Below are positions 28,911 through 39,321 of a stretch of 64,000 nucleotides of DNA, piece after piece. A model generated the notes under the pieces. That model ran no database searches and was not told where the DNA came from. It saw only the letters and a program-made list of their open reading frames with translations. The stretch is from the NCBI GenBank assembly GCA_963804995.1, contig CAWDSK010000002.1, forward strand, positions 128,001 to 192,000, written 5' to 3'. Positions within the stretch are counted from its first letter, which is position 1, and each line of letters starts with the position of its first letter. The position numbers were made by a program, and so were the translations under genes. The stretch is from an uncultured Acidobacteriota bacterium (GTDB lineage: Bacteria; Acidobacteriota; Terriglobia; UBA7540).

Positions 28911-30194
28911 ATGGCTATTTCGCGACGCTATTTTTTGAAGAATTACGGGCCTGAGCCTTTTCGGCGCAGCTTTCGTGCCCAGTTTTCTGAGGCGCGCGGC
29001 GTTTGCGATGGACCAGCCCGCGGTGAGTGCTCGCAAGAAGGTTCTGGTGGCTATCTTTCAGCGGGGCGCGGCGGATGGGCTGAACATTGTGGTTCCCTTT
29101 GGCGAAAGGGAGTATTACGCCCTGCGTCCTTCGATTGCGATCCCGGAGCCCTCGAACGCCTCAGGTGACGGCCCCCGTGCCATTGATCTCGACGGTTTCT
29201 TTGGTCTGCACCCCAGCCTCGGCTCACTGAAGCCGTTATTCGACGCCCGGCAACTCGCCATCGTGCATGCCGCCGGTTCCCCGGATAGCACGCGGTCGCA
29301 CTTCGACGCGCAGGACTATATGGAATCTGCGACCCGGGAGTCAAGTCAACCCCCGACGGTTGGCTGAACCGATTCCTGCAAGCCGCGCCCCTGGCGGACG
29401 CGACGCCCTTCCGCGCCGTGGCCTTTGCCGCCACCACGCCGCGCACGCTCGCGGGCGACGCCCCTTGCCTCTGCACACAGGATCTGGGAGGCTTTCACTT
29501 GGGGGGCAAGTCCAACACGCCGGGTCGAGGCGTGCAGGTGCTCGCCAGCGCTTTCGAGGAAATGTATGCCTCTGCTTCGGACCAACTGTTGTGCAGCACT
29601 GCGCATGAGACCTTTGAAGCCATCTCCACCTTGCAACGGATTCAAATGGGCGCCTATCAACCTGAAAACGGGGCGGAGTATCCGCGCGGTCCGCTCGGGC
29701 GGAACCTTCAGCAGATTGCGCAGCTCATCAAGTCAGACGCTGGCCTGGAGGTGGCTTTTGCGGAGGCAGGCGGCTGGGACCACCACGTGAACGAAGGCGG
29801 CGTAAAGGGACAACTGGCCGCGCGACTCCAGGAATTCGGTGACGCATTGGCCGCTTTTTACAAGGACATGGGTGACCGCATGGCGGATATCACGGTTCTG
29901 ACCATGTCGGAGTTCGGCCGCACCGCGCGTGAAAACGGCAACCGCGGCACGGACCACGGTCACGCCAATGCGATGTTCGTTCTGGGCGGCGCTGTGAAGG
30001 GTGGCAAGGTCTATGGTGATTGGCCTGGCCTCAAAGATCATCAACTGCATGAGGGGCGTGATTTGGCCCTGACCACAGATTTCCGTGATGTCTTCGCGGA
30101 GGTAGCTGTCCGCCATCTTGCTTTGAAGGACCCCGGCGGCATTTTCCCCGGCTATCAAATATCACCCAAGCGCTTCCGCGGCTTCCTGGGCTAA
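28911..30194 (+). CDS. DUF1501 family protein with Tat signal (apparent frameshifts near 28960 and 29335)
   Basis: SRRYFLK Tat motif; QRGAADGL, RSHFDAQ, GGWDHH, SEFGRT and GTDHG motifs. Confidence 0.88.
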
Positions 30195-30302
30195 CCCCGC
30201 CTTCTTCTCTTTTCTCGGGTGCACGCCTGGGAAATGAAATTCTGGGAAAGTGGGGTTGAAATAAGTTCTCTCTTACGGCTATAATAGCCGTAAGGAGGAA
30301 CC

Positions 30303-30704
30303 ATGGCTCAGTCTTTTGAAGTTCCTGGTCCGGTCCGTGAGCTTGCCGCTCGGTTGGGTCAGTCCCAGCCCATGCGGCGCGGCTCCCTATCGGAGCGTTA
30401 TGTGAAATGCGGCAAGCCGGGTTGTGGTTGCGCGGAGGATGCCAAGGCGCGGCACGGCCCTTATTACAGTCTGACGCGGGCGGTGGGAGGGCAGACCCGC
30501 TCCCGCTTCTTGAACCCCGAGGAAGCGCAGCGGGCGCGAGAGCAGATCGAGACGGGCCAGCAGTTTCGGCGTCAGGTGGAGGCTTACTGGGCTGCCTGTG
30601 AGCAATGGGCGGATGCCCAGCTGGAAGCCCGGGAGGAAGAAGGGCAAGCCGAGGTTAAAAAAAACCGCACTCGGCGAGGCTCTGGCGCACGACCTCACCG
30701 CTGA
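30303..30704 (+). CDS. IS OrfA, Cys/His-rich protein (DUF6788-like)
   Basis: AAGGAGG RBS; RRGSL...CGKPGCGC...HGPYY motif. Confidence 0.85.
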   Translation: MAQSFEVPGPVRELAARLGQSQPMRRGSLSERYVKCGKPGCGCAEDAKARHGPYYSLTRAVGGQTRSRFLNPEEAQRAREQIETGQQFRRQVEAYWAACEQWADAQLEAREEEGQAEVKKNRTRRGSGARPHR

Positions 30705-32010
30705 GATTGAGCGCCTGGTGGGTCGGGAAGCCACGGCGGCTCTGGACTTCGAGGCGGTGGAAACGGCCGTACGCCGTCAGGCTTTGCGCTTCGCCGCGCG
30801 GGTGGTGGAGCAGCGGCTGAATGCCGACCACTCCGACTTTACCGGAGCCCGTCGGCCGTGTTCCTGCGGTCAGCCCGCGCGCTATGTAGACCGGCGGGCC
30901 AAGCCTTTCCAGACCGTGCTGGGCGAATTACGGCTGGAGCGCGCCTACTATTATTGTGCTGCCTGCCAGCGCGGGTTCTGTCCTCGTGACCAGCAGTGGG
31001 GAATGGAGGACACTTCTCTGTCCCCGGCGGTGACACGCATGGTGGGCACGGTGGGAGCCTTGGTGAGCTTTCAAGAAGGGCGTGAACTCCTCGGGGAATT
31101 GGCGGGCGTGGAAGTAAGTGCCAAGCAGGTGGAGCGTACGGCGGAGGCGCTGGGAGCGGAAGTCGCCGAGGATGAACGCCAACCGGTGGAGGCGGTGAGG
31201 GAAGGACCCTTGCCGCCCACCCTCTATCTCGGCCTGGATGGTACCGGCATTCCCATGCGCAAGGAGGAACTCACGGGGCGAGCGGGCAAGCAGCCGGATG
31301 GCTCCGCCCAAACCCGCGAGGTCAAGGTCTGCGCCATCTGGAGCGCGGAAGCGCGCGATGCCGAAGGCCGGCCCCGGCGTGATGCTGGCTCGGTCAGCTA
31401 CTCGGCGGCCATCGAGACGGCGGCCTGCCGCGACACCGACTCCCAGATCGCAGCATTTACCCAGCGCGTCGAGCGTGAGGCGAAGCGTCGAGACTTCGGG
31501 CAAGCCTCTCGCCAAGTGGTGATCGGCGACGGGGCTCCCTGGATCTGGAACATCGCCGCGGAGGTGTTCCCGCAAGCCCTGCAAATCGTGGATCGTTACC
31601 ACGTGAAGGAGCATTTGAGCCAAGTGGCCAAGGCCCTCTATGGGCAAGCGGAGGCATCCCATCGCTGGGCGCAACGTCGGCACCAAGAATTGGATGGCGG
31701 GCGTTGGCGGAGTCTGACGACGGCGCTGGCCCGCCATGCGGCCCGCTCACCGGAAGCCCGCAACTGCCTTCAGTACTTGCAGCGCAACCGGCACCGCATG
31801 CGCTACGCGGAATTTCATGCCCAGCACCTGTGTACTTCCTCAGGGGTTCTGGAGGCGGGTTGCAGGGTCGTCGTGGGGTCGCGCCTAAAACGTTCGGGCA
31901 TGCATTGGACCGTGCGCGGCTCCAATGCCATCATCGCTCTGCGGTGTTACAAACTCAGCGGTCGCTTCGAAGACTTCTGGGAACGCCGGGCGCACAGGGT
32001 GGGGGCGTGA
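30655..32010 (+). CDS. ISKra4-family DDE transposase, probably reached by -1 frameshift from OrfA
   Basis: CSCG...CAAC zinc motif; LDGTG, GDGAPWIW, DRYH and SGVLE motifs; A8 run at 30657-30664. Confidence 0.88.
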   Translation, partial: LKKTALGEALAHDLTAEIERLVGREATAALDFEAVETAVRRQALRFAARVVEQRLNADHSDFTGARRPCSCGQPARYVDRRAKPFQTVLGELRLERAYYYCAACQRGFCPRDQQWGMEDTSLSPAVTRMVGTVGALVSFQEGRELLGELAGVEVSAKQVERTAEALGAEVAEDERQPVEAVREGPLPPTLYLGLDGTGIPMRKEELTGRAGKQPDGSAQTREVKVCAIWSAEARDAEGRPRRDAGSVSYSAAIETAACRDTDSQIAAFTQRVEREAKRRDFGQASRQVVIGDGAPWIWNIAAEVFPQALQIVDRYHVKEHLSQVAKALYGQAEASHRWAQRRHQELDGGRWRSLTTALARHAARSPEARNCLQYLQRNRHRMRYAEFHAQHLCTSSGVLEAGCRVVVGSRLKRSGMHWTVRGSNAIIALRCYKLSGRFEDFWERRAHRVGA

Positions 32011-32102
32011 GCCCGCTCACTCCTTCGTCGTGCACCCTCTTTTCTCGCAAACTTTGCCAAATAGTGTAACCTTGACCATTGGCAACAGCGGGAGAAAATC
32101 GA

Positions 32103-32816
32103 ATGAAGGCTGCGCACATTCGCGCCATTTTCTTTGACGCAGGAAACACTCTGCTTTTTCCGCGCCTCGACGAACGGGCCCGCGACTTGGCGGGGCAGGG
32201 CTACACGGCGAGGGTCGAAGATTTCCAGGCCGCTGAGCGCACCGCCAAGCAGAAGCTTGACGAGTGGCTGTGGCCGCAGATTCGCAAGGGTGAGGTGCCG
32301 CGCACCATCGACCATTATTACTGGGCTGAGTATCTCGAGGCGCTGATGGTTTTGATCGGGGCTCCGGACGGTGATCGCCCTCGCTTAATACGCCTGGTGG
32401 CCGATGGGTTCCGCAACATTCGCTGTTGGTCGGTGGTGAGGCCGGAGACTCCCGGTTACCTGGCATCCTTGAAACAACAGGGCTATTTTCTGGGAGTGAT
32501 CTCAAACTCCGTGGGTACCATGGAGGATCAATTGAAGCACGAGGGCCTGCGCGACTACTTCCAGGCGGTTTTCGACTCCGCCCTCGTCGGGGTCGAGAAG
32601 CCTCATCCGGAGATCTTTCGGATGGCCCTCGCCAGTGCGGGAGCGGCGGCCGAAGAGGCTGTCTTTGTGGGCGACACGAACGCCACGGATATTGGCGGGG
32701 CACAACTCGCCGGCTTGCGGGGCGTGCTGATCGACAGAATCGGCGCCTACCCCCACGCCGAATGCCCGCGCATCACCTCCCTGCCGGAGCTCGATAAAAT
32801 CCTCGCGACTTGGTGA
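32103..32816 (+). CDS. HAD-family hydrolase
   Basis: FFDAGNTL, ISNS, EKPHPEIF and VGDTNATD motifs. Confidence 0.9.
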   Translation: MKAAHIRAIFFDAGNTLLFPRLDERARDLAGQGYTARVEDFQAAERTAKQKLDEWLWPQIRKGEVPRTIDHYYWAEYLEALMVLIGAPDGDRPRLIRLVADGFRNIRCWSVVRPETPGYLASLKQQGYFLGVISNSVGTMEDQLKHEGLRDYFQAVFDSALVGVEKPHPEIFRMALASAGAAAEEAVFVGDTNATDIGGAQLAGLRGVLIDRIGAYPHAECPRITSLPELDKILATW

Positions 32817-33096
32817 GATGAGGGGCGGTTGCAGCGTTCCCGCCGCGTTTTGAGCCTTCGAAATTGAGGAGCACCCTAAGACTTCCAAGAAACACAAGAA
32901 CAACTCCATGTTGCAAGAGGACGAAGTTGAGTGGGGAGGGCATCGGGGAAAGGATGGCTGTTCGATGCGATGCTGCTCCGCAGCCTTGCGTTTCACTTGA
33001 AATCTGGTATATTGACGATGGCAACGAATTCAGTGGTTCCGCTGAAACCAGTGGGGGGTCTAAGTTACCTTCTGCGCCACAGAAAGGTGGAGAGCC

Positions 33097-33297
33097 ATGT
33101 CATTCCAGGAAGCTTTGGAGATGCTCTCGCGAGATGAACGTTTCAAGGCAACTGTTTATGCCATGAACAGCCTCCTCATCCAGAAGGGCGTCTACACTCC
33201 TGAAGAGTTTGAGCAGATGTTTAAGGAATGGGCGGAAAAAGAGCGCGCCAGAACGGATGCCACCAATACACCCCACCTTGCCGCTCCCACCCTTTAG
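33097..33297 (+). CDS. Small hypothetical protein (66 aa)
   Basis: GGAG RBS; helical sequence LLIQKGVYTPEEF; no family recognised. Confidence 0.6.
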   Translation: MSFQEALEMLSRDERFKATVYAMNSLLIQKGVYTPEEFEQMFKEWAEKERARTDATNTPHLAAPTL

Positions 33298-33455
33298 TTT
33301 TTCTTCCCGGTTACCAGATCCCCCCAGCTTGGCCATTCACATCCCTTTGCACGTATGCCGCAATGAGACCCAATATCACATTGGGCACAAAGGCAATCAC
33401 ACTTCGGAGGGGATTTTACCTTTCGATCAGGCTCCTTTTCAGCCTTTTTCTTCAT
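33294..33455 (-). CDS. Small Cys-rich hypothetical protein (53 aa; not in the ORF track)
   Basis: Manual translation MKKKAEKEPDRKVKSPPKCDCLCAQCDIGSHCGIRAKGCEWPSWGDLVTGKKN*; 4-bp convergent overlap with its neighbour. Confidence 0.5.
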   Translation of the reverse strand: MKKKAEKEPDRKVKSPPKCDCLCAQCDIGSHCGIRAKGCEWPSWGDLVTGKKN

Positions 33456-33496
33456 ATGGTGAACCTATCTCTCCCGGGTGAACTCCGATGCGTCGT

Positions 33497-34489
33497 TCAC
33501 TCTGCCTTATATCGCACCAGGCGGCGCATTTCTGCCTCTGCCTGGTTCATCGGGTGCGCATCCGCTTGAGCCCGCAGTTCTTTGAAGGTGGGGTAACCCG
33601 CGGCTTGGTCGTGGCGCCACTCAGCGTCGAACCGCCCGTCGCGAATTCCCGCGAGAGCGTTTTCCATGAAGCTCCGAATCTCCTTCGTAAAGCTGATGAC
33701 ACTCGCGCGCGACAGAGTTCCGTACTGGCTGGTCTGCGAGTGCAGCCGCATCTGTTTAAAGAACCCAACGTGAGCCATTTCGCGGAGTATCTCAGCGGCC
33801 TCCTCCGACCCGTACATTTCGAGCGCCACCATTTCAGGCGGGAAGCCGTGATCGGCCAGGAATTCGTACGACATCAGCATAGTTCGGATGAGGAGTGGCC
33901 ACAGCGCCTGTTCCTGGAAAAGGTTGAGCTCGGTTTCCTGCGCAAACGTCGTCTTGAAGGCGCCGGCGCGTGTGGCTCCAATTCCCCGCGACCAGCCGAG
34001 CGCAGTCTCGAGGGCATGACCGGAGGCGTCCTGCGCTACGGCGATGTAAGCCGGCACGCCACTTCCTTCGACGAAGGACTCGCGCATACGGGCGCCGATC
34101 ATCCGCGGGGCTACCATAATGACGTCCACGTCCGGGGGCGGCGCGATCAAGCCGAAATGAATGTTGTACCCATGCGCGAAATCCAAGGTCTGCCCGGGGC
34201 GGAGGCGAGTGCGGAGGATGTCGGTGTAGACTTCGCGCTGGACTTCGTCGGGGATCAGCAGCGCCAGGACATCGGCCCGCTCGACAACCTCCGCGACGGA
34301 GCGGACTGCAAAGCCGTCTTTTTCCGCTTGCGTGGCGCTCTCATCACGCAGGCTCCCGATCATGACTTCCAGTCCCGAGTCGCGCAGATTCAGCGCCTGC
34401 GCGCGGCCTTGATTCCCGTAACCGATAATTCCCAGCGTTTTGTGGCGAAGTACTTCCAGGTTGGCGTCCGGATCATAGAAAGCTTCCAT
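33497..34489 (-). CDS. ilvC: Ketol-acid reductoisomerase-like protein (divergent IlvC)
   Basis: GYGNQGRAQALNLRDSG, LIPDE, FAHGYNIHF and SQTSQYG motifs. Confidence 0.8.
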   Translation of the reverse strand: MEAFYDPDANLEVLRHKTLGIIGYGNQGRAQALNLRDSGLEVMIGSLRDESATQAEKDGFAVRSVAEVVERADVLALLIPDEVQREVYTDILRTRLRPGQTLDFAHGYNIHFGLIAPPPDVDVIMVAPRMIGARMRESFVEGSGVPAYIAVAQDASGHALETALGWSRGIGATRAGAFKTTFAQETELNLFQEQALWPLLIRTMLMSYEFLADHGFPPEMVALEMYGSEEAAEILREMAHVGFFKQMRLHSQTSQYGTLSRASVISFTKEIRSFMENALAGIRDGRFDAEWRHDQAAGYPTFKELRAQADAHPMNQAEAEMRRLVRYKAE

Positions 34490-34681
34490 TCGTTTGTTGG
34501 CACCTTTCGTGAACTTTTTGAACGTGCAAGGGGTTCCATTATCGGCGCGGGGCAGAGGGGTGTCAATCAAGCCGGGGTTCCGGTCGGCAGGAATTCCCGG
34601 AACGCCACAATGCGACGCTTCGCATTCCCCTCTCCCATGCCTATGCGTCGCGATGGGATTCATCTCCGCGGTGGCGAGGGC

Positions 34682-36436
34682 CTACTGGGGCACCACGGGA
34701 AGAATCAACGCTGAGGGATGCTCGCGATCGTGATAAATGACATTCGTCGCCTTCACCATGCGCGCCGAATGGCCTTGGTCCTCGCCGGTGTTGAGGTTGC
34801 GGTCGAAACGTGGAAAGTTGCTGCTGGAGACCTCCAGGCGCAACTTATGACCGGCCATGAACACATTGGATGTTGACCATAGGTTGAGGGTAAGCTTGCA
34901 CACCTCGCCCGGATTCATGAGCTCAGCTTTTTCACGGGAGGATCGATAACGAGTGCGCAAAATTCCTTCCGTCAGATTCCGGGCAAAGCCCTCAGGTCCT
35001 ACATCGACCACCTTCCCGGTAAAGTCCGTGTCCACGGCCGAGGAACTCACATAGATTTCGAGCGCGATGGGTCCCGTCACTTCGGTGTCCTGCTTGAAGG
35101 CGGGAGTGGTGTAAACCAATACGTCCTCGCGGTTTTCGACAGGCCGCTGGTCGAAAGCGCCGGGAGGTTGGTGAGTCCCGTCGCAGCAGAGGGGTCCACC
35201 GTGGGTTGGTGCGGGATCCGCGGGGTCGTACACGTACTGGTCGGCCGTCTCCGTGGCGGGCGCTTCTGGGCCCAGCGATCCGTCACCTCTCAAGGTGTTG
35301 GCCTTGCCCGATGAGTGCAGGTAATAGCGTGTATCATGGGCGCGCTTGAGGGGCCAGCCTTCCTCCTCACGCCAAACATTCTTGCCCATCACGAAGAGCT
35401 TCACAGGCTTCTCGCTGCCCATGCCGTTGTTAATACCCTTCAGCAGGTAGTCGTACCAGCGCAGGATAAGAGCGCTTTCGCTGAACACCGAATCTTTGCC
35501 GAAATCAACTTCGCCGATTATTGGCCCGGAACCCGCGTGGCCACCCACGATCACCAGCAAACGCTGGCCGTTCCGAGCCGCAGCGCTGCCGCCGCGGGCC
35601 TTGATCCCCAGATAGTTTTGCAGGGTGCCGTCCTGGAAGAGGTCATACCACGCGGCCACATGCAGAGCGGGGACCTGGATCTGTGAGAAGTGTTCTTCAA
35701 TCGACACCTGTTTCCAGTAATCGTCATAGGCGGGATGGGCTAACCAATCGAGATAATAATCCGCCAGGCCTTCGGGGCTGCCAAGATCCAGCACGGGGTA
35801 GTGGATGAGCGGGAGTTTCATATCCCAGCGGCTTGCGTACGAATCCCTAGCCATGCGGCGGTCGAGCGTGTCCATCGCCAGGCCCGTCGTCCAGGATTGG
35901 TCAAACCACTGTTCAAACGCGCCGCCCTGATAGGTCCAGTTCTCATGATAGTTGGAGGCGGTAACGACCGGGAGGATTCCGGCCAAGTGCGGTGGGGCGG
36001 CGATAGCGGCGAGCATCTGCGTGGCGCCGACATAAGAGCCGTCATACATCCCGACCTTGCCATTGGAGTAAGGCAGCGCGGCGGCCCACTCCACGGTGTC
36101 GTAGCCATCGCGCGACTCGTATTTGAACGGGTACCATTCACCCTCCGAAGTGTAGCGGCCGCGCACGTCTTGGATCACCACAACGTAGCCACGCGCGGCA
36201 AACATCGGCCCGTAGGACACATCATCTTTGCTCTTGTTGTAAGGCGTGCGGGTAAGCAGGACGGGGAATTTGCCCTCGGCCTTGGGCCGGTAGATGTCTG
36301 CGCGCAGCACAACTCCATCTCGCATTTTGGCAGGCACGCCGAATTCCACCGTGACCTCATAGGGTCCGGCAGCATGCGCCAGGGCTGCGCCCCAGATAAG
36401 GGTCATGATGAACGCGCAAACCACACTTCTCTTCAT
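34682..36436 (-). CDS. CocE/NonD-family hydrolase, secreted
   Basis: MRDGVVLRADIYRP, RTPY, QDVRGR, nucleophile GSYVG and SSSNFPRFDRN motifs. Confidence 0.93.
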   Translation of the reverse strand: MKRSVVCAFIMTLIWGAALAHAAGPYEVTVEFGVPAKMRDGVVLRADIYRPKAEGKFPVLLTRTPYNKSKDDVSYGPMFAARGYVVVIQDVRGRYTSEGEWYPFKYESRDGYDTVEWAAALPYSNGKVGMYDGSYVGATQMLAAIAAPPHLAGILPVVTASNYHENWTYQGGAFEQWFDQSWTTGLAMDTLDRRMARDSYASRWDMKLPLIHYPVLDLGSPEGLADYYLDWLAHPAYDDYWKQVSIEEHFSQIQVPALHVAAWYDLFQDGTLQNYLGIKARGGSAAARNGQRLLVIVGGHAGSGPIIGEVDFGKDSVFSESALILRWYDYLLKGINNGMGSEKPVKLFVMGKNVWREEEGWPLKRAHDTRYYLHSSGKANTLRGDGSLGPEAPATETADQYVYDPADPAPTHGGPLCCDGTHQPPGAFDQRPVENREDVLVYTTPAFKQDTEVTGPIALEIYVSSSAVDTDFTGKVVDVGPEGFARNLTEGILRTRYRSSREKAELMNPGEVCKLTLNLWSTSNVFMAGHKLRLEVSSSNFPRFDRNLNTGEDQGHSARMVKATNVIYHDREHPSALILPVVPQ

Positions 36437-36589
36437 GGAAATCCTCTTCGGTTGGAAAATGGATGTCGTCTACTCTCTGTCTTGAGAAGCGAGATTATCT
36501 GTCACGCAGCGGCCCTTCGCAAGCGGCCCGCTGCCCGTTAATCCTTCATCCCAGAGCCGACGCTGTTGACGGCCTGCCCGGCAGATTTG

Positions 36590-37841
36590 CTAAGCGCCAG
36601 GGGCAAGCTCGCCGAGTGCCTCGAGCAACCGGTCCACTTCCCCCGCGGTGTTGTAATGTACCAGGCCAATCCGCAGCATTCCGCCGGTCGGCTCGACGCC
36701 CAAACGTTCACTGAGGTTCAGCGCGTAGTAGTTGCCATCCCATGTGAAATTGCCGCGTTCCCCGAGATACGTTGCGACCTCGCGTGGCGTGCGTCCGGCG
36801 ATACGCACCGCCACGGTGGGAACACGCTGGGCGAAGCGTGTGGAGTCCGTGATGCCGTAAAACGTGAGGCCGGGGATCTTGAGCAATGCCGGAACCAGTT
36901 GCTCGAGCAACCTGCGCTCGTACACGCGGATTGCGTCGTAGGCGGCAAGAATCGCGGCCCTGCGGCCGCTTACGGTGGGCGCGTGGTGCCGCCCAAGTTC
37001 AGCCAGGTAATCCACGGCGGCGGTGACTCCGGCCAAACCCTCGTGGTTCTGGGTTCCGGTTTCCCACCGATCGGGAATGCGATCGGCCGCTGGGCGCACC
37101 TTGTAGGGCCGCAGGCGCGTCAGGTGCTGGCGCTTCCCGTAAAGCGCCCCCGAGTGCGGGCCGAAGAACTTGTAGGGAGAGCAGACCAGAAAATCGCAGC
37201 CCAGAGTTCGCACGTCGATGGGCCCGTGCGGCGCGTAATGGACCGCGTCGATGTACGCGAGCGCCCCCACTTTGTGAGCTAGTCGTACCACTTCCGCGAC
37301 GTCGTTGATGGATCCCACGGAATTCGAAGCGTAGCCCACGGCCACTACGCGCGTGCGGGGAGTCACCTTGCTTCGCAAGTCATCCATGTCGAGCGTGCAG
37401 TCGGCAGGGTTGATGTCCACCCAGCGGATCACGCAACCGCGCTCTTCGAGAGCCGTCCAGGGTGAAACATTGCCGTCGTGGTCGAGTCGCGTAACCACGA
37501 TTTCGTCCCTCGGCCCGAATTCGCGGCCGAGGGCGCGGCTGATCGCGAAGGTCAGCGTGGTCATGTTGGGACCGAAGACAATCTCCGCGGGATCGCAGCC
37601 GAGCAGGTCAGCCATGGCTGCGTGAGCGGCGGCCATGACCTCATCACTGCGTTGGCTGGTGACAAACGCCCCGTGCGTGTTGGCGTTCGCGGAACTCGAG
37701 GTACGCGCTGATCGCGTCGATCACGCGCTGCGGAACTTGCGTTCCTCCCGGGCCGTCGAAAAACGCCGCGGGGTAGCCATTAACTTTCATCTTAAGTGCA
37801 GGGAACTGTGACCTTACCCAATCAATGTCAAACGTTGTCAT
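36590..37841 (-). CDS. Cysteine desulfurase-like aminotransferase class V (apparent frameshift near 37690)
   Basis: FDGPGGTQVP, DHDGN, DAVHYAPH, CSPYKFFGPH (PLP lysine) and ETGT motifs. Confidence 0.88.
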
Positions 37842-38327
37842 GGGAGACTCCTCTGGAACCGCTCATCATGCGCAGGGAACTCGGAATGAGCAAGGGAAAA
37901 CTCAGACTATGGAGGGAGGATTGTTATGGCAGGGGAGGGCTGTGCCATCTGCGCGAGTTTAGCGTGGCAATTCCGCACGTGAAAAGTCATAGGAAGAAAA
38001 CGCATGAAGTTGGGAAATTAAGTGGGACCTCGCTCGCTATGCCCCGCGGAGAGCAACAAGTGGGACAGTCCCACTTTGATAAAAAGTCATGGAACTTACG
38101 CAAGATGAGTCGAAGCGCACACCCTGCCGAGCCCGACCTTCCCCCCGGCGCCGAGCCGGACGTGCCGATTTTCCACCTCTGGCTCTCACGCCAATTCTAT
38201 TAAGAACCGCGTCTGAAAGCAGGCAGCAGCAGGGCGAAGTGGCAACCCAACGATCGAGCCCTGCTTATTGTCGTAATAACACAAATGGCAGAGAATCCTT
38301 GCTACGAAAGCCAGGAATTGCGGACTT

Positions 38328-38439
38328 GGGTAATGGTGCAGTCTGATGTGGAGGCGGCGGCATTCATCCCGATCTGATCGGGACGCCGCCATATGGCGAG
38401 GTAAACTCGCCGCTACATGATCAAACCGCGCCACTATCC
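38328..38439. repeat. REPIN-like element, copy 2
   Basis: Core nearly identical to 6817-6885, including the TCCCGAT-ATCGGGA insert. Confidence 0.9.
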
Positions 38440-38495
38440 GGACTTGCATTGCGGAGCATTCGCCCACGGCCTCGCGGGCGCGTCGAGCCACGGCG

Positions 38496-39077
38496 TTAGT
38501 TTCCTTCCTCGTGCCCCTGGGAGACGCGGACGAGCTCGATCAGGGTCTTGTCGCCCTGGCTTTTCAGCGCCACCACTTTTTCCTGTTTGTCGTGCTTGAT
38601 TTCGAAGACGGTTTTGCCCTCTTCGTCCTTTTCTTTGTACTTCGTCACCTGATCGCCCAGGCGGTCGTGGTAGAAGGCGCGGACTTTATCCACGGAATCG
38701 GGGGTCTCGAACTTCCCGGCGCGAACACGAACCTTTGCTTCGTCGGCGATATCGATATTCACCGTAGCGGATTCCTGATCCGGCACACGGGTGGCGCCGG
38801 GATAAATCGGCAGCCCCAAGCTGGCTTCATTCACGTCGGGGTGGACCTCCAGCGAGCCGAGGGGCGTTTTGATGGAGACTTCCTTCTTTCCGCTGTCGGC
38901 TTGCTGGACTTGCACGTGGACCGCGCTCGACAAAAAGCGCAGTCCTCCCCAAACGGCCATGCCGGCAATCACGACAATCAGCGCCAGAACGAGCAGGGCG
39001 ATGGCGACGATATGGCTGCTACTTTGGGGCGCCTGCGGCGGCTGGGGAGGGCGTGGAGGTACAGGACCTGTGGCCAT
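38496..39077 (-). CDS. Hypothetical membrane-anchored protein
   Basis: Pro-rich N-terminus, one TM helix, GLPIYPGA motif; GGAG RBS. Confidence 0.8.
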   Translation of the reverse strand: MATGPVPPRPPQPPQAPQSSSHIVAIALLVLALIVVIAGMAVWGGLRFLSSAVHVQVQQADSGKKEVSIKTPLGSLEVHPDVNEASLGLPIYPGATRVPDQESATVNIDIADEAKVRVRAGKFETPDSVDKVRAFYHDRLGDQVTKYKEKDEEGKTVFEIKHDKQEKVVALKSQGDKTLIELVRVSQGHEEGN

Positions 39078-39321
39078 GGTTTAGGGCTCCTTTTTTGCTG
39101 ACTGATGGTATTTACGCCTGCTGGCCCTCCAAAGTTCCACGCCTCCCAAATGTCTTCTGCTGCGATCAACTCCAGACGCATGGCCTGGCACCCGCAGGCC
39201 TGCCCGGCCAATAAGGTCTGCCACGGCCGGGAATCTCGTGAAGCATCACCGCAGTCGGCACGTCAGCGGGTCGTCAAGAAAGGTGTTCTCCACGGCCCTT
39301 CACGCCGGCTCTGGCTCGTCC

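Larger units (their letters stand above)
30217..32037 (+). mobile_element. ISKra4-type insertion sequence with a 9-bp target site duplication
   Basis: Ends GGGTGCACG / CGTGCACCC; TCTTTTCTC duplicated at 30208-30216 and 32038-32046; two overlapping ORFs. Confidence 0.92.

Noticed and set aside
38059..38078. Palindrome AAGTGGGACAGTCCCACTT in the 37.85-38.3 kb intergenic region
   Set aside because: Single short hairpin with no element or gene to tie it to.
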